Below are positions 9,538 through 18,082 of a stretch of DNA of 24,000 bases, in pieces; position 1 is the stretch's first letter; the number at the start of each line of letters is the position of its first letter. The stretch covers positions 520,933 to 544,932 of the forward strand of contig NZ_NIWW01000001.1 of the NCBI RefSeq assembly GCF_002201535.1. The letters run 5' to 3'. The notes under the pieces are model-generated. The model was not told where the DNA came from and did not search any database. It saw only the letters and a program-made list of their open reading frames with translations. The translations under genes and the position numbers were made by a program. Source of the stretch: Lacimicrobium sp. SS2-24. Its GTDB lineage: Bacteria; Pseudomonadota; Gammaproteobacteria; Enterobacterales; Alteromonadaceae.

Positions 9538-11262
9538 TCAGGCTCCCCGAATACCCAGGCTCATGATATTGCCCTTCTCATCCAGTTCTCTGACCGTCAG
9601 GATCACCTGGCCCAGGCGCAGACTGTCACCCACCACCACTCGCCGGTGATATTTAAGACTGAAATACTCGGAGAGGCTGAGGTCGGCCACTTTTTTCGCC
9701 AGATCCCCCAGCGGATAGAAGTTATTCACTTCGGTCAGGGTCAGGTCACCATGCAAACTAAAGTCACCAAAAAATTCACTTTCTTTAAGTTTTCGCCCTT
9801 CCCCACTGGCAGCCAGCACCCGGCTGATACTGTCTATATCGGCGTCTTTAGCCAGCACCAGCAAGACATCTTTGTCTAACAAACGGCTGTTGGGATCCGG
9901 TGGTATCCAGATATGTTCGCGGATAACACCGGCAAAGGCGATATCCGCACTGAAGTTAAGTTCAAACCACTTATGCTCAAAAGCCGGCACATCCGCACTG
10001 ATAGGAAAAGACATCACCTCAAGGGGATCTTCACTGGCGATGCTCTCCAGTGGCACCCGTTCTTTGGGATGCGGTGTTTCCGGCACCTCTAAACCTAGCC
10101 AGCGTGCTATGGGCGCCATGGTCCACCCCTGAATAAACAGCGAGGTAAGGACAACGAAAAAAGCCACATCAAAGTACAGCTCCTGATCCTCCAGACCGGA
10201 GAGCCAGGGATACAAGGCGAGGATAATTGGCACCGCTCCGCGCAATCCCACCCAGCTGATAAAAACCTGTTCGCGCCACGGGAAGGAAAACGGCAATAAG
10301 CACACCAGCACCGCAATGGGCCGGGCAACGAATATCAGCACCAATGCTACAGAAATGGCCAGTGGTGCGTGAGCAATCAGGTTAGACGGCGTGACTAACA
10401 ACCCCAGAATTAAGAACATCAGAATCTGTCCCAGCCAGGTCAATCCGTCCTGAACCTGCAGAATATGAATAAGATGTGGCAGCCGTGCATTGCCGATGAG
10501 ATAACCCATCAAATACACCGCCAGAAAGCCACTGCCATTGATATGACTGGTCAGTGCAAACACCGTAATGGCACTGGCCGCGGCTAACAGGGGTAAAAAA
10601 CTAAAATTAAGGGGGATTTTACGGGCCATAAAGACAAAACCCTTACCGCCCAGCCAGCCCGCAATCAGCCCCACCAGCATCTGCCAGCCCACATCCAGCA
10701 GCAGCGGATAAAGATGCAGTTCAACCCCTGACACCAGTGCACCAGTCAATGCCATAGTCAGGATAACCGCCATAGGATCATTGGTGCCGGATTCAATTTC
10801 CAGAGTGGAGGCAACACGTTGTTTGAGGACTACGCCCCGGGATTGAAATATACCGAACACGGCTGCCGCATCGGTGGAACTTAAGATGGCACCAATTAAC
10901 AGTGCCGTTGGCCAGGGTAAGTCAAAGAAATACACCGCGCCGGCGGCGGTTAGCGAACAGGTGAGCGCAACACCGACGGTGGCCAGACTGATGGCTGGCC
11001 ACAAGGCCACACGGAAGCGTTCTTTTTGGGTACGCATCCCTCCATCGAAAAGAATAATGGCAAGGGCGGCAGAGCCAATCAGAAAGCTCAGTTCCGGACT
11101 ATGAAATTCAATGCCACCTATACCCTCTTCGCCTGCCAGCATCCCCATAATCAGAAACACCAGCAACAAAGGCGCGCCCAGTCTGTCTGAAAGCACACTG
11201 GCGAGTATGCTCAGTACCAGTAACGCACCAATAAAAAGCAGTATGGTATTAATTTCTGCCAT
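9538..11262 (-). CDS. nhaP2: K+/H+ antiporter, NhaP2/CvrA type (CPA1 membrane domain plus C-terminal TrkA-C/RCK_C-like domain)
   Basis: 574-aa ORF with a GGGAG RBS. It resembles E. coli CvrA/YcgO from memory: DGGMRTQ, STDAAAVF and STLEIESGTNDPMAV. About 12 hydrophobic segments are followed by a soluble tail of about 190 aa. Confidence 0.9.
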   Translation of the reverse strand: MAEINTILLFIGALLVLSILASVLSDRLGAPLLLVFLIMGMLAGEEGIGGIEFHSPELSFLIGSAALAIILFDGGMRTQKERFRVALWPAISLATVGVALTCSLTAAGAVYFFDLPWPTALLIGAILSSTDAAAVFGIFQSRGVVLKQRVASTLEIESGTNDPMAVILTMALTGALVSGVELHLYPLLLDVGWQMLVGLIAGWLGGKGFVFMARKIPLNFSFLPLLAAASAITVFALTSHINGSGFLAVYLMGYLIGNARLPHLIHILQVQDGLTWLGQILMFLILGLLVTPSNLIAHAPLAISVALVLIFVARPIAVLVCLLPFSFPWREQVFISWVGLRGAVPIILALYPWLSGLEDQELYFDVAFFVVLTSLFIQGWTMAPIARWLGLEVPETPHPKERVPLESIASEDPLEVMSFPISADVPAFEHKWFELNFSADIAFAGVIREHIWIPPDPNSRLLDKDVLLVLAKDADIDSISRVLAASGEGRKLKESEFFGDFSLHGDLTLTEVNNFYPLGDLAKKVADLSLSEYFSLKYHRRVVVGDSLRLGQVILTVRELDEKGNIMSLGIRGA

Positions 11263-11357
11263 CCGTGCTCCCAGAGCGTCTCAGGGTTTAAACAAAAGCC
11301 TCTTGTGAGCCTCTACCCGTATCATCCAAGAAGTTTTTTGCAGGTTACTTGGGCTGC

Positions 11358-11390
11358 AAAAAACCTGGACCGCAAAAACTTGCCGCCAGG
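11358..11390 (-). terminator. Probable rho-independent terminator of the PLP-enzyme gene
   Basis: The - strand reads CCTGGCGGCAAGTTTTTGCGGTCCAGG followed by TTTTTT. Pairing is 5 bp CCTGG/CCAGG plus inner GCAA/TTGC, with an internal mismatch and bulge. It lies about 117 nt downstream of the stop at 11507. The stem is imperfect. Confidence 0.45.
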
Positions 11391-11506
11391 CCCACTTCTG
11401 AGAAGCTTTTCACGAATACCGCAGCCAGAGCGCTGTTGACCTATTGACGGCGCCGGCCACGCTTATTATTCCTCTCACTGCATATCAGTATGCCTGAATA
11501 CGGCAA

Positions 11507-12772
11507 TTAAATCGCATCCAATGCCTGTTTAAAATCGTCAATGATGTCTTCGATATCCTCAATGCCCACACTCAAGCGAATCATATTATCGCTGATGGCC
11601 ATTTTTTCACGCTGCTCGGCACCCATTTCATAATAAATGGTATGGGCCACAGGAATCGCCAGGGTACGGGTATCTCCAAGGTGCGTGGCATTGAGTACCA
11701 ATTGCAGGTGATTTAAAAAGGCGAAACAATCCAGCCCTGGCTTCAGATCGATGCTCAGAATACCGCCGTAATGTTTGAACAACGCCCGCGACAATTGATG
11801 CTGAGGATGATCGGATAATCCCGGATAATAGACCTTGTCCACTTTGTCATGGCTGGCCAGGAAGGTGGCTAATTTTAGCGCGTTGGTACAGCACTTCTCC
11901 ATGCGCAGGGCCAGGGTTTCCAGTCCGACGGAGATTAAATGGGCCGAATCTGGTGTTAAACACCCTCCCATGTCACGCAGGCCCTTTTTCTTAATTTGCG
12001 TGATTCCCCAAAGCTGGGCAGGCTGATTCTTGTACGCCGGGTTAATGTTATTGAACTGCTGCCAGTCATACAGGCCGGTATCAATGACAGCACCGCCCAA
12101 TACATGGCCATGACCGGCGACATACTTAGTCAACGACCCTACCAACAAGGAAGCCTTGGCAGCACGAGCATCAAAAAGATAGGCCGGCGTCATCGTGTTA
12201 TCCACCATATACACCAGTTGATGCTGCTCACACAGCTCACCAATGGCCTGCAGATCGGCCACCTGAGTAACCGGATTGGCGATAGTTTCCAGATAGACCG
12301 CTTTGGTGTTGTCTTGAATTGCCGAGGCGACCTGAGTAACATCGGTTACATCCACCAGCGAGACCTCAATACCGAATCCGCGCAGCGTATCGGCGAAACT
12401 ATTGGTGTTACCAAACAAAAACTGGCTAAGGATCAGATGATCGCCTTGGCGCAACAGGGTCAGCAGCGTGGTGGTAATGGCGGCCATCCCGGTAGCAAAG
12501 GTCAGCGCACCAACACCGCCTTCCATTTCTGCCAGAATGTTTTGCAGCGCATTAATCGACGCCGAGGATTGTCTCGAGTAGGCATGCCCATTCTGGCGTC
12601 CCTGAAATACGTCAACCAGATCCTCAACCTTTGGATATTCAAACAGTACCGAATTCGTCGTTGCCTGATGCACCGCACCGTCTTCAGGCGTATTTAACAG
12701 CCGATCTGCATGCACCAATTTGGTGGTAAAGCCTTTAAAATCCAACACTATCCCCTTAATCAATCTGTTCAC
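11507..12772 (-). CDS. Cys/Met-metabolism PLP-dependent enzyme (cystathionine gamma-synthase / O-acylhomoserine sulfhydrylase family); exact reaction not assignable
   Basis: 421-aa ORF. Family pattern: YSRQ..., LAEMEGG, ATGMAAI, DNTMTP and the PLP-lysine motif SLTKYVAGHG. The start codon is GTG (12770-12772), so start placement is less certain. Confidence 0.8.
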   Translation of the reverse strand: MNRLIKGIVLDFKGFTTKLVHADRLLNTPEDGAVHQATTNSVLFEYPKVEDLVDVFQGRQNGHAYSRQSSASINALQNILAEMEGGVGALTFATGMAAITTTLLTLLRQGDHLILSQFLFGNTNSFADTLRGFGIEVSLVDVTDVTQVASAIQDNTKAVYLETIANPVTQVADLQAIGELCEQHQLVYMVDNTMTPAYLFDARAAKASLLVGSLTKYVAGHGHVLGGAVIDTGLYDWQQFNNINPAYKNQPAQLWGITQIKKKGLRDMGGCLTPDSAHLISVGLETLALRMEKCCTNALKLATFLASHDKVDKVYYPGLSDHPQHQLSRALFKHYGGILSIDLKPGLDCFAFLNHLQLVLNATHLGDTRTLAIPVAHTIYYEMGAEQREKMAISDNMIRLSVGIEDIEDIIDDFKQALDAI

Positions 12773-12815
12773 TGCCTGCTCTGAGGTAGCGATTTATCTG
12801 CTCTTTCGCGGATGC

Positions 12816-13412
12816 CTAACCGGCTTTCTCCGGGTGGCGCCCATGCACACCAGCATAAAATGCCCTTATTTTAGCCATCTCTGCGTCTATATCATCGCCG
12901 ATTTTGTACAAAGGCCCAAATCCAATCACTTTGCGCTTATAATCAAAATAAATAAGCAATACGGGCACATCGGCAGCCCTGGCAATATGTAAAAAACCCG
13001 TTTTCCATCGCGTTACGCGTCTGCGGGTGCCCTCGGGCGCGACACCCAGCACAGTGGGTTCGGCCTTCAGCCTGGCACTCACCTGCTCCACCACACCATG
13101 CGCTCCCCGTCTGTCCACCGCAATGCCGCCCATTTTGCGCATCCACCACCCAAATGGTCCCACAAACAAACTGTGCTTTCCTAAGAACGACACCTTCAGT
13201 TGCAAAGCAAACACCGTTGCCAGACCCAGCACGAAATCCCAGTTCGATGTATGTGGCGCCACACACGCTACTATGCGCTGTTGATTAGGAAACTGACCTT
13301 CCATCGTCCAGCCCATAAGACGCAATACCCAGCGCCCTAGCCACTGGCTAAAGCGGTTGCCACGTCGTGGAACATCCTGACCGATAGTAATAGGGAGTGG
13401 GTCTTTTTTCAT
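12816..13412 (-). CDS. Small PlsC-type (lysophospholipid / 1-acyl-sn-glycerol-3-phosphate) acyltransferase family protein
   Basis: HX4D acyltransferase motif in APHTSNWDF, and a later VAPEGTR motif. I start at ATG 13412 (MKKDPLPITIG...), giving 198 aa. The track's start at 13520 adds 36 non-family-like residues. The stop lies only 43 nt from the PLP gene start, so co-transcription is possible. Confidence 0.75.
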   Translation of the reverse strand: MKKDPLPITIGQDVPRRGNRFSQWLGRWVLRLMGWTMEGQFPNQQRIVACVAPHTSNWDFVLGLATVFALQLKVSFLGKHSLFVGPFGWWMRKMGGIAVDRRGAHGVVEQVSARLKAEPTVLGVAPEGTRRRVTRWKTGFLHIARAADVPVLLIYFDYKRKVIGFGPLYKIGDDIDAEMAKIRAFYAGVHGRHPEKAG

Positions 13413-13614
13413 ATTGGCTACCCTGACTGTCAAGGATGGGCATGATCCAACAAGCACGGGGGCCTGTCGAGCACTAATAACGATCGTACTTAAAAACTGT
13501 CGTGCTACTTTTCTCGCCATTCATCCCGGCTTTGCACTGACTCACAGCGGCTCAATTGTCTAAACCCATGGGGATGAGGCACAATAGAGCTCCTTTTGTT
13601 CTTTTGGTAACGTC

Positions 13615-14886
13615 ATGCTGCTATCTGTTGTACTTCCACGAAGCCTGATACTTGGCATTGTCTCGCTTTTTTTCACCCTGCCCTCAGTGGCACAGGAGAA
13701 TGCCAGAGAATTGTTCGGCCACTACCAGTCGGCGCTGTTTCAAATCCGGATGATCGAAGTGGAGTCAGGTAATAAATCATCAATCGGATCGGGCTTTCAG
13801 GTCAGCGCAGACGGGCTCATGGTAACGAATTATCATGTGATCGCTGACAAGGTGTTTTATCCGGAAAAATACCGCATTGAATATCTCACCGCGGATGGCG
13901 AGTCTGGACTGCTGAGCTTACAGCATATCGATGTGGTCAACGATCTGGCTCTGGTACGCCGGGAGACTCAGAATAGCGACTACCTCCCAGTCGCGCCCTA
14001 CTTGCCTGCTCAGGGTGACAATATTTACTCACTGGGTAATCCTCATGATCTGGGCATGATTGTGGTGCCGGGGACCTTTAACGGGCTGAAGAAAAATAGT
14101 TTTAATCAAAAAATCCATTTTACCGGCAGTATCAATCCGGGTATGAGTGGCGGACCCACCGTCGATGCCCTCGGACAAGTGGTTGGAGTCAATGTGGCCA
14201 CCGCCGGGAATCAGATTGGCTTTCTGGTGCCGTTGGCCAGACTCAGACATTTGCTGGCAAGAGCCGAAGACGCGCCGCCGGCAGATTTTATCGCAGAAAT
14301 TGAGCAGCAGCTGTTGGCAAACCAGTCCCGTCTGTTAGAGCCTTTTATAGAATCATCCTGGCCTGTGGCCGCACTTGGCAGAGCCAATGTCGCCGCAGAG
14401 GTAGTGAATTTCCTGCCCTGCTGGGGTAACTCTAACGCCAACGACAAAGAGGCCCGTTATCTGACCGCACAAAAACGCTGTCGTCTGGAAGAGGAAATTT
14501 ACCTGAACAATAAATTGCGCACCGGCAGCCTGGAAATTGAGTACGAGTGGATCTCCTCCGACTCGCTCTCCGATGCAGCCTTTTACAACCTCTACGAACA
14601 GAGCCTGCAGTCTGCAGGTCCGGGGAATAATTCTGCTAAAGAATTCAGTACCAATTATCAGTGTGAACAACAGCGGGTCTACAACCAACAGGGAATGAAA
14701 GTACGCTTATTATTTTGCATCAGAGCCTACAAGGACTTTGAACAACTCTATGACGTGTTGATGCTTGGAGCCAGTTACGATCAGAAAAACCAGGGGCTGA
14801 TCAGTCACTTTACCCTTGCCGGTGTGTCACGCTCTCTGAGCCTGGCCTTTACCAAACGTTTTATGGAGGCTATGGCATGGCAATAG
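13615..14886 (+). CDS. Secreted trypsin-fold (S1/DegP-like) serine protease with an unassigned C-terminal half
   Basis: 423 aa. The hydrophobic N-terminus ends SVAQE, which resembles a signal peptide. Triad motifs are TNYHV (His codon 13834-13836), NDLALV and NPGMSGGP (Ser codon 14146-14148). Residues from about 215 to 423 contain 4 Cys and match no family I recognise. No PDZ-like pattern was seen. Confidence 0.8.
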   Translation: MLLSVVLPRSLILGIVSLFFTLPSVAQENARELFGHYQSALFQIRMIEVESGNKSSIGSGFQVSADGLMVTNYHVIADKVFYPEKYRIEYLTADGESGLLSLQHIDVVNDLALVRRETQNSDYLPVAPYLPAQGDNIYSLGNPHDLGMIVVPGTFNGLKKNSFNQKIHFTGSINPGMSGGPTVDALGQVVGVNVATAGNQIGFLVPLARLRHLLARAEDAPPADFIAEIEQQLLANQSRLLEPFIESSWPVAALGRANVAAEVVNFLPCWGNSNANDKEARYLTAQKRCRLEEEIYLNNKLRTGSLEIEYEWISSDSLSDAAFYNLYEQSLQSAGPGNNSAKEFSTNYQCEQQRVYNQQGMKVRLLFCIRAYKDFEQLYDVLMLGASYDQKNQGLISHFTLAGVSRSLSLAFTKRFMEAMAWQ

Positions 14887-15836
14887 TCATCGAAAAGCTT
14901 TCTGCCAATAACAAGCAGGTGAAGCATTATCAATTTGATCAATCCACGGTGAGTCTGGGTCGTGGTTACGAGAACCACATCCGTCTGACAGACCCTTATG
15001 TCTGTGCCGAACATGCACTGATCAAGCAGGATCCGGATAGTCACAAGATAGAAATTATTGACCTGGATTCCATCAATGGCATGAGCGTCAATGGCAGAAA
15101 ATGCGATCGCGCAGTAGTGGATAAACACGACGTCGTAGTGCTGGGAAAAACCCGCTTACGCTTGTTCAACAGCAATAATACCGTTCCGCCAGCCATTAAA
15201 CTCAGTGCCATCGAAACCCGTCTGGATATTCTAACCCACTGGCGCTTTGCACTGTTTATGGGGCTTCTCTACGCCGCCACCCTGGTGTTTGAAAGTTATC
15301 AACATACGTACACGGAATTTGAGCTGGGCAAGGCCTTACCGCGATTGTTTAGTGAGTTTATTCTGCTCTCTGTCTGGCCGCTGTTATTTGCTTTACTCTC
15401 CAGACTACAGAAGCAGGATGTCAGGCTTTCCAGCCTGTTTTCGGTACTCTGGATCATCGCACTGCTCAGTGAGGGGCTGTCTGAGGTGAATCACTGGATA
15501 AGCTTCAACTTCCCGCAGTTACCGGGTTGGGGGGTGGCAGAACACCTCGGTCTGACGCTGGTATTTGCCCTGCTCTTGTGGCTGACTCTGCTGCTCGCCT
15601 TTCATCAGGCTGCCGCTAAACGCAACCGCATTACTTTGCTGTGTTCGTTAATACTGTTGGCAGGCGTAGTGGGTTGGAACCAGTTAAAACAAGGTGAATT
15701 TTCCCCCCGCCCCAACTACAGCTTCAGTTTACTCTATGAAGATGCGGCTGTGACTAACGGCGTCGATACCGAGCACTACCTTAAACAGCTGCCTGATATA
15801 TATGACAAAGCCGACAGGCTCAGAAGCAAACCCTGA
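14877..15836 (+). CDS. FHA-like-domain protein with five predicted transmembrane segments
   Basis: 319 aa. The ATG overlaps the protease gene by 10 nt, with GGAGG at 14865-14869. The N-terminal ~100 aa follow the FHA pattern (VSLGRG...HIRL...EHALI...INGMSVNG...VVVLGKTRLRL). Five hydrophobic stretches follow: FALFMGLLYAATLVF, FILLSVWPLLFALLS, LFSVLWIIALLS, LGLTLVFALLLWLTLLLAF and LLCSLILLAGVVGW. Confidence 0.75.
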   Translation: MAIVIEKLSANNKQVKHYQFDQSTVSLGRGYENHIRLTDPYVCAEHALIKQDPDSHKIEIIDLDSINGMSVNGRKCDRAVVDKHDVVVLGKTRLRLFNSNNTVPPAIKLSAIETRLDILTHWRFALFMGLLYAATLVFESYQHTYTEFELGKALPRLFSEFILLSVWPLLFALLSRLQKQDVRLSSLFSVLWIIALLSEGLSEVNHWISFNFPQLPGWGVAEHLGLTLVFALLLWLTLLLAFHQAAAKRNRITLLCSLILLAGVVGWNQLKQGEFSPRPNYSFSLLYEDAAVTNGVDTEHYLKQLPDIYDKADRLRSKP

Positions 15837-16630
15837 TGTGTATTTTGTTTCTTGCCCTCAATCAACACCCTGACTACCCTTTGGTGATTGCGGCAAATCG
15901 GGATGAATTTTTTGCACGGCCAACCGCAAGTTCGGGCTTTTGGGCGGATACACCGTCAGTGCTCGCCGGTCGGGATCTTCAGGCCGGCGGCACCTGGATG
16001 GGCCTCAACACCGGAGGGCGCATTGCAGCACTGACCAATATTCGTGCCCCTCAAAGCGTGGTAGCTGACCGGCAAAGTCGTGGCAAACTGGTGACGGACT
16101 ACCTTCGTCAGGTACCCCATGCCGAGTCATCGAAGACATATCAGGCCTGGTTAGCACGTCATAAACAAGACTTTAACGGATACAACCTGGTTTTTGGGCA
16201 CTACACCAAAGAACAGGGGGTAAGACTGCACGTGTATAACAATCACCAGAATCGCCATGAAGCCCTCAAGGATGGCATTTATGGCCTTTCAAATGCGGAT
16301 ATTGACAGTCCGTGGCCTAAAACCACCCGCGGCATCAATGCACTGGCTGAGGCGCTGACAGATGAGGCGCCGGATGATGAACGGCTTTTCACTCTGCTCA
16401 AAGACACCCAGCAGGCCGATGACGCCCTATTACCTGATACCGGCATTCCCAGAGACTGGGAAAAACGCCTGTCTGCCATCTTTGTCGAAGGTGAAGACTA
16501 TGGCACCCGCAGCTCTACGTTACTCTTTATCGACAACAAAGGAGGATTTCGCTGGGCAGAACGCACCTTCGACCAACAGGGCCAAGCGGTTAAAACGCTG
16601 GAGATACACAGTCACTTTCAGGGCTGTTAA
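15836..16630 (+). CDS. NRDE family protein (TANGO2 / DUF833 homolog)
   Basis: 264 aa. The start ATG overlaps the FHA gene stop (TGATG, 15834-15838). The protein begins MCILFLAL and carries the eponymous AANRDEF motif followed by RPT, GGTWMG and YNLVFG, typical of the family. Confidence 0.85.
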   Translation: MCILFLALNQHPDYPLVIAANRDEFFARPTASSGFWADTPSVLAGRDLQAGGTWMGLNTGGRIAALTNIRAPQSVVADRQSRGKLVTDYLRQVPHAESSKTYQAWLARHKQDFNGYNLVFGHYTKEQGVRLHVYNNHQNRHEALKDGIYGLSNADIDSPWPKTTRGINALAEALTDEAPDDERLFTLLKDTQQADDALLPDTGIPRDWEKRLSAIFVEGEDYGTRSSTLLFIDNKGGFRWAERTFDQQGQAVKTLEIHSHFQGC

Positions 16631-16746
16631 TCAGAGTTTTATCATATAACCCATTTGTCTCTCGAAATTAATTCTATGGCTGGCATAATAAGCGCTCTTG
16701 CCGATCAACCTACCTGGCCACAGGTACATTATTACAGAGGGATATC

Positions 16747-17937
16747 ATGTTAGAAGTGCTCAAGCAGTTACCTGCTGATCCTATTCTTGGTTTGTCCAGC
16801 GCCTATAAACAGGACACCAATCCAAAAAAAGTGGATTTGGGTGTTGGCGTTTATAAGGATGAGCAGGGCCGTACGCCCATTTTAAGTTCGGTTGCCAAAG
16901 CACAGAAGATCCTGCTGGCCAACGAAGATTCAAAAACCTATATCACGCCTCAGGGCGTGCCCGGTTACATCAGCGGCATGCTGGACCTGTTGCTGGGTAA
17001 AGGTCATAAAACGCTGATTGAAGAGCGCGTGGCTGCAGTTCAGGCGCCAGGCGGCTGTGGTGCCCTGCGCATTCTTTCGGAGCTGTTGAAGCGGTGCAAT
17101 GGCGAGCTCACGGTGTGGGTCAGCGATCCTACCTGGGCCAATCATATCCCTCTGATTGGCAGTGCGGGCCTGAACATTGAAACCTATCCCTACTTTGACA
17201 AAGATCAGGCCGGTATTCGCTTTGATGACATGGTTGCCTGTCTGGAAAAGGTCAATAAGGGTGACGTCGTGCTGTTGCATGGCTGCTGTCATAATCCGAC
17301 CGGTGCCGATTTAACCAAGGCACAATGGCACAAGGTGCTGGAGCTGGCGCAGGAACGTGAATTTCTGCCCTTTTTAGATATTGCTTACCAGGGATTTGGC
17401 GACGGAATCGACGATGATGTCTACGGTTTACGACTTTTAGCTGATAATTTGCCAGAATTAATTGTTGCCGCATCATGCTCGAAAAACTTCGGGTTATATC
17501 GTGAGCGCGTCGGTCTGGCCGCTATGATCACGGCCCGTCGTGAGGTGCGCGACGCCATCCAGACACAAATTCAGTCCATTGCCCGTGGCATTTACTCTAT
17601 GCCACCTTCATATGGGGGCGCACTGGTAGACATCATTCTTAATAGTGAAGAGTTGAAACAGGAATGGTTAGGTGAAGTCAGCAGTATGCGCGAGAGAATG
17701 CAGACCTTACGGCGCCTGCTGGTGAGTAAGCTGGAAGAAAAAGGCGCAAGCAAAGACTTTTCCTTTATTAATACACAAAAAGGCATGTTTTCCTATCTGT
17801 GCATCAGCCCGGAGCAGGTGCAGCAGCTACGCCATGATTACGCCATCTACTTTGTGGACTCCAGCCGTGTGAATATCGCCGGTATCAGCACCAGCAACGT
17901 AGATTACATTGCCGATGCACTGACTGCGATACTCTGA
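16747..17937 (+). CDS. Aspartate/aromatic amino acid aminotransferase (class I, AspC/TyrB type)
   Basis: 396 aa with an AGAGGGA RBS. It is collinear with E. coli AspC/TyrB from memory: VSDPTWANH, HGCCHNPTGADL, FLDIAYQGFG, the PLP-lysine motif SCSKNFGLYRERVG, and GMFSY. I cannot separate AspC from TyrB by eye. Confidence 0.93.
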   Translation: MLEVLKQLPADPILGLSSAYKQDTNPKKVDLGVGVYKDEQGRTPILSSVAKAQKILLANEDSKTYITPQGVPGYISGMLDLLLGKGHKTLIEERVAAVQAPGGCGALRILSELLKRCNGELTVWVSDPTWANHIPLIGSAGLNIETYPYFDKDQAGIRFDDMVACLEKVNKGDVVLLHGCCHNPTGADLTKAQWHKVLELAQEREFLPFLDIAYQGFGDGIDDDVYGLRLLADNLPELIVAASCSKNFGLYRERVGLAAMITARREVRDAIQTQIQSIARGIYSMPPSYGGALVDIILNSEELKQEWLGEVSSMRERMQTLRRLLVSKLEEKGASKDFSFINTQKGMFSYLCISPEQVQQLRHDYAIYFVDSSRVNIAGISTSNVDYIADALTAIL

Positions 17938-17945
17938 TTCTGCCT

Positions 17946-17975
17946 ACAGCACTGCCACGTGGCAGTGCTGTTTTA
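17946..17975 (+). terminator. Rho-independent terminator of the aminotransferase gene
   Basis: Perfect 26-nt palindrome ACAGCACTGCCAC (17946-17958) / GTGGCAGTGCTGT (17959-17971), running into TTTT (17971-17974). It starts 9 nt after the stop codon. Confidence 0.85.
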
Positions 17976-18064
17976 ATTCCTTTTTTCTGCGCGCCTATCA
18001 TTGTTTTTCCTTATTTCGTCATAAATGCTGACTACACTGTTGTAAACGCTCATGCATACCAAAC

Positions 18065-18082
18065 CTGTTGTGATCACAACAG
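18065..18082. promoter_or_regulatory. Perfect 18-bp palindrome (candidate operator or 5'-UTR hairpin) upstream of the FRG-domain gene
   Basis: CTGTTGTGA|TCACAACAG ends 24 nt before ATG 18107. The half-site core TGTTGT recurs in direct orientation at 18038-18043 and 18085-18090. No binding protein is identified. Confidence 0.45.

Noticed and set aside
11334-11363. 10-bp perfect inverted repeat TTTTTTGCAG-N10-CTGCAAAAAA, considered as an independent operator or terminator
   Set aside because: The stem is almost all A/T. Its right arm is the T-run, on the - strand, of the adjacent terminator hairpin (11358-11390). It is more likely part of that terminator context than a separate element.
11996-12697. 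233-aa + strand ORF
   Set aside because: It is entirely antisense to the well-supported PLP-enzyme CDS. The sequence is low-complexity and Arg/Gln-rich with no recognisable motifs, so it is a shadow ORF. The same reasoning applies to 3024-3431, 4035-4901, 6320-6704, 9394-10132, 14029-14688, 16930-17292 and 20766-21218.
13413-13520. 36-codon extension of the acyltransferase ORF
   Set aside because: The extension (MARKVARQFLSTIVISARQ...) has no family resemblance. Homologs as I recall them begin close to the GW...G..P...APHTSNWDF block. The longer form cannot be excluded without alignment.
16631-16746. Attempted sigma70 promoter calls upstream of the aminotransferase, and likewise upstream of ppc (43-154) and the FRG gene (17976-18064)
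   Set aside because: I found -10-like hexamers such as CATAAT at 16684-16689 and ATAAAT at 18021-18026. None had a convincing -35 at 16-18 bp spacing, so they are not reported as features.
18069-18078. TGTGA/TCACA half-sites resembling a CRP box inside the palindrome
   Set aside because: The CRP consensus needs a 6-bp spacer (TGTGA-N6-TCACA). Here the half-sites abut directly, so it is not a CRP site.
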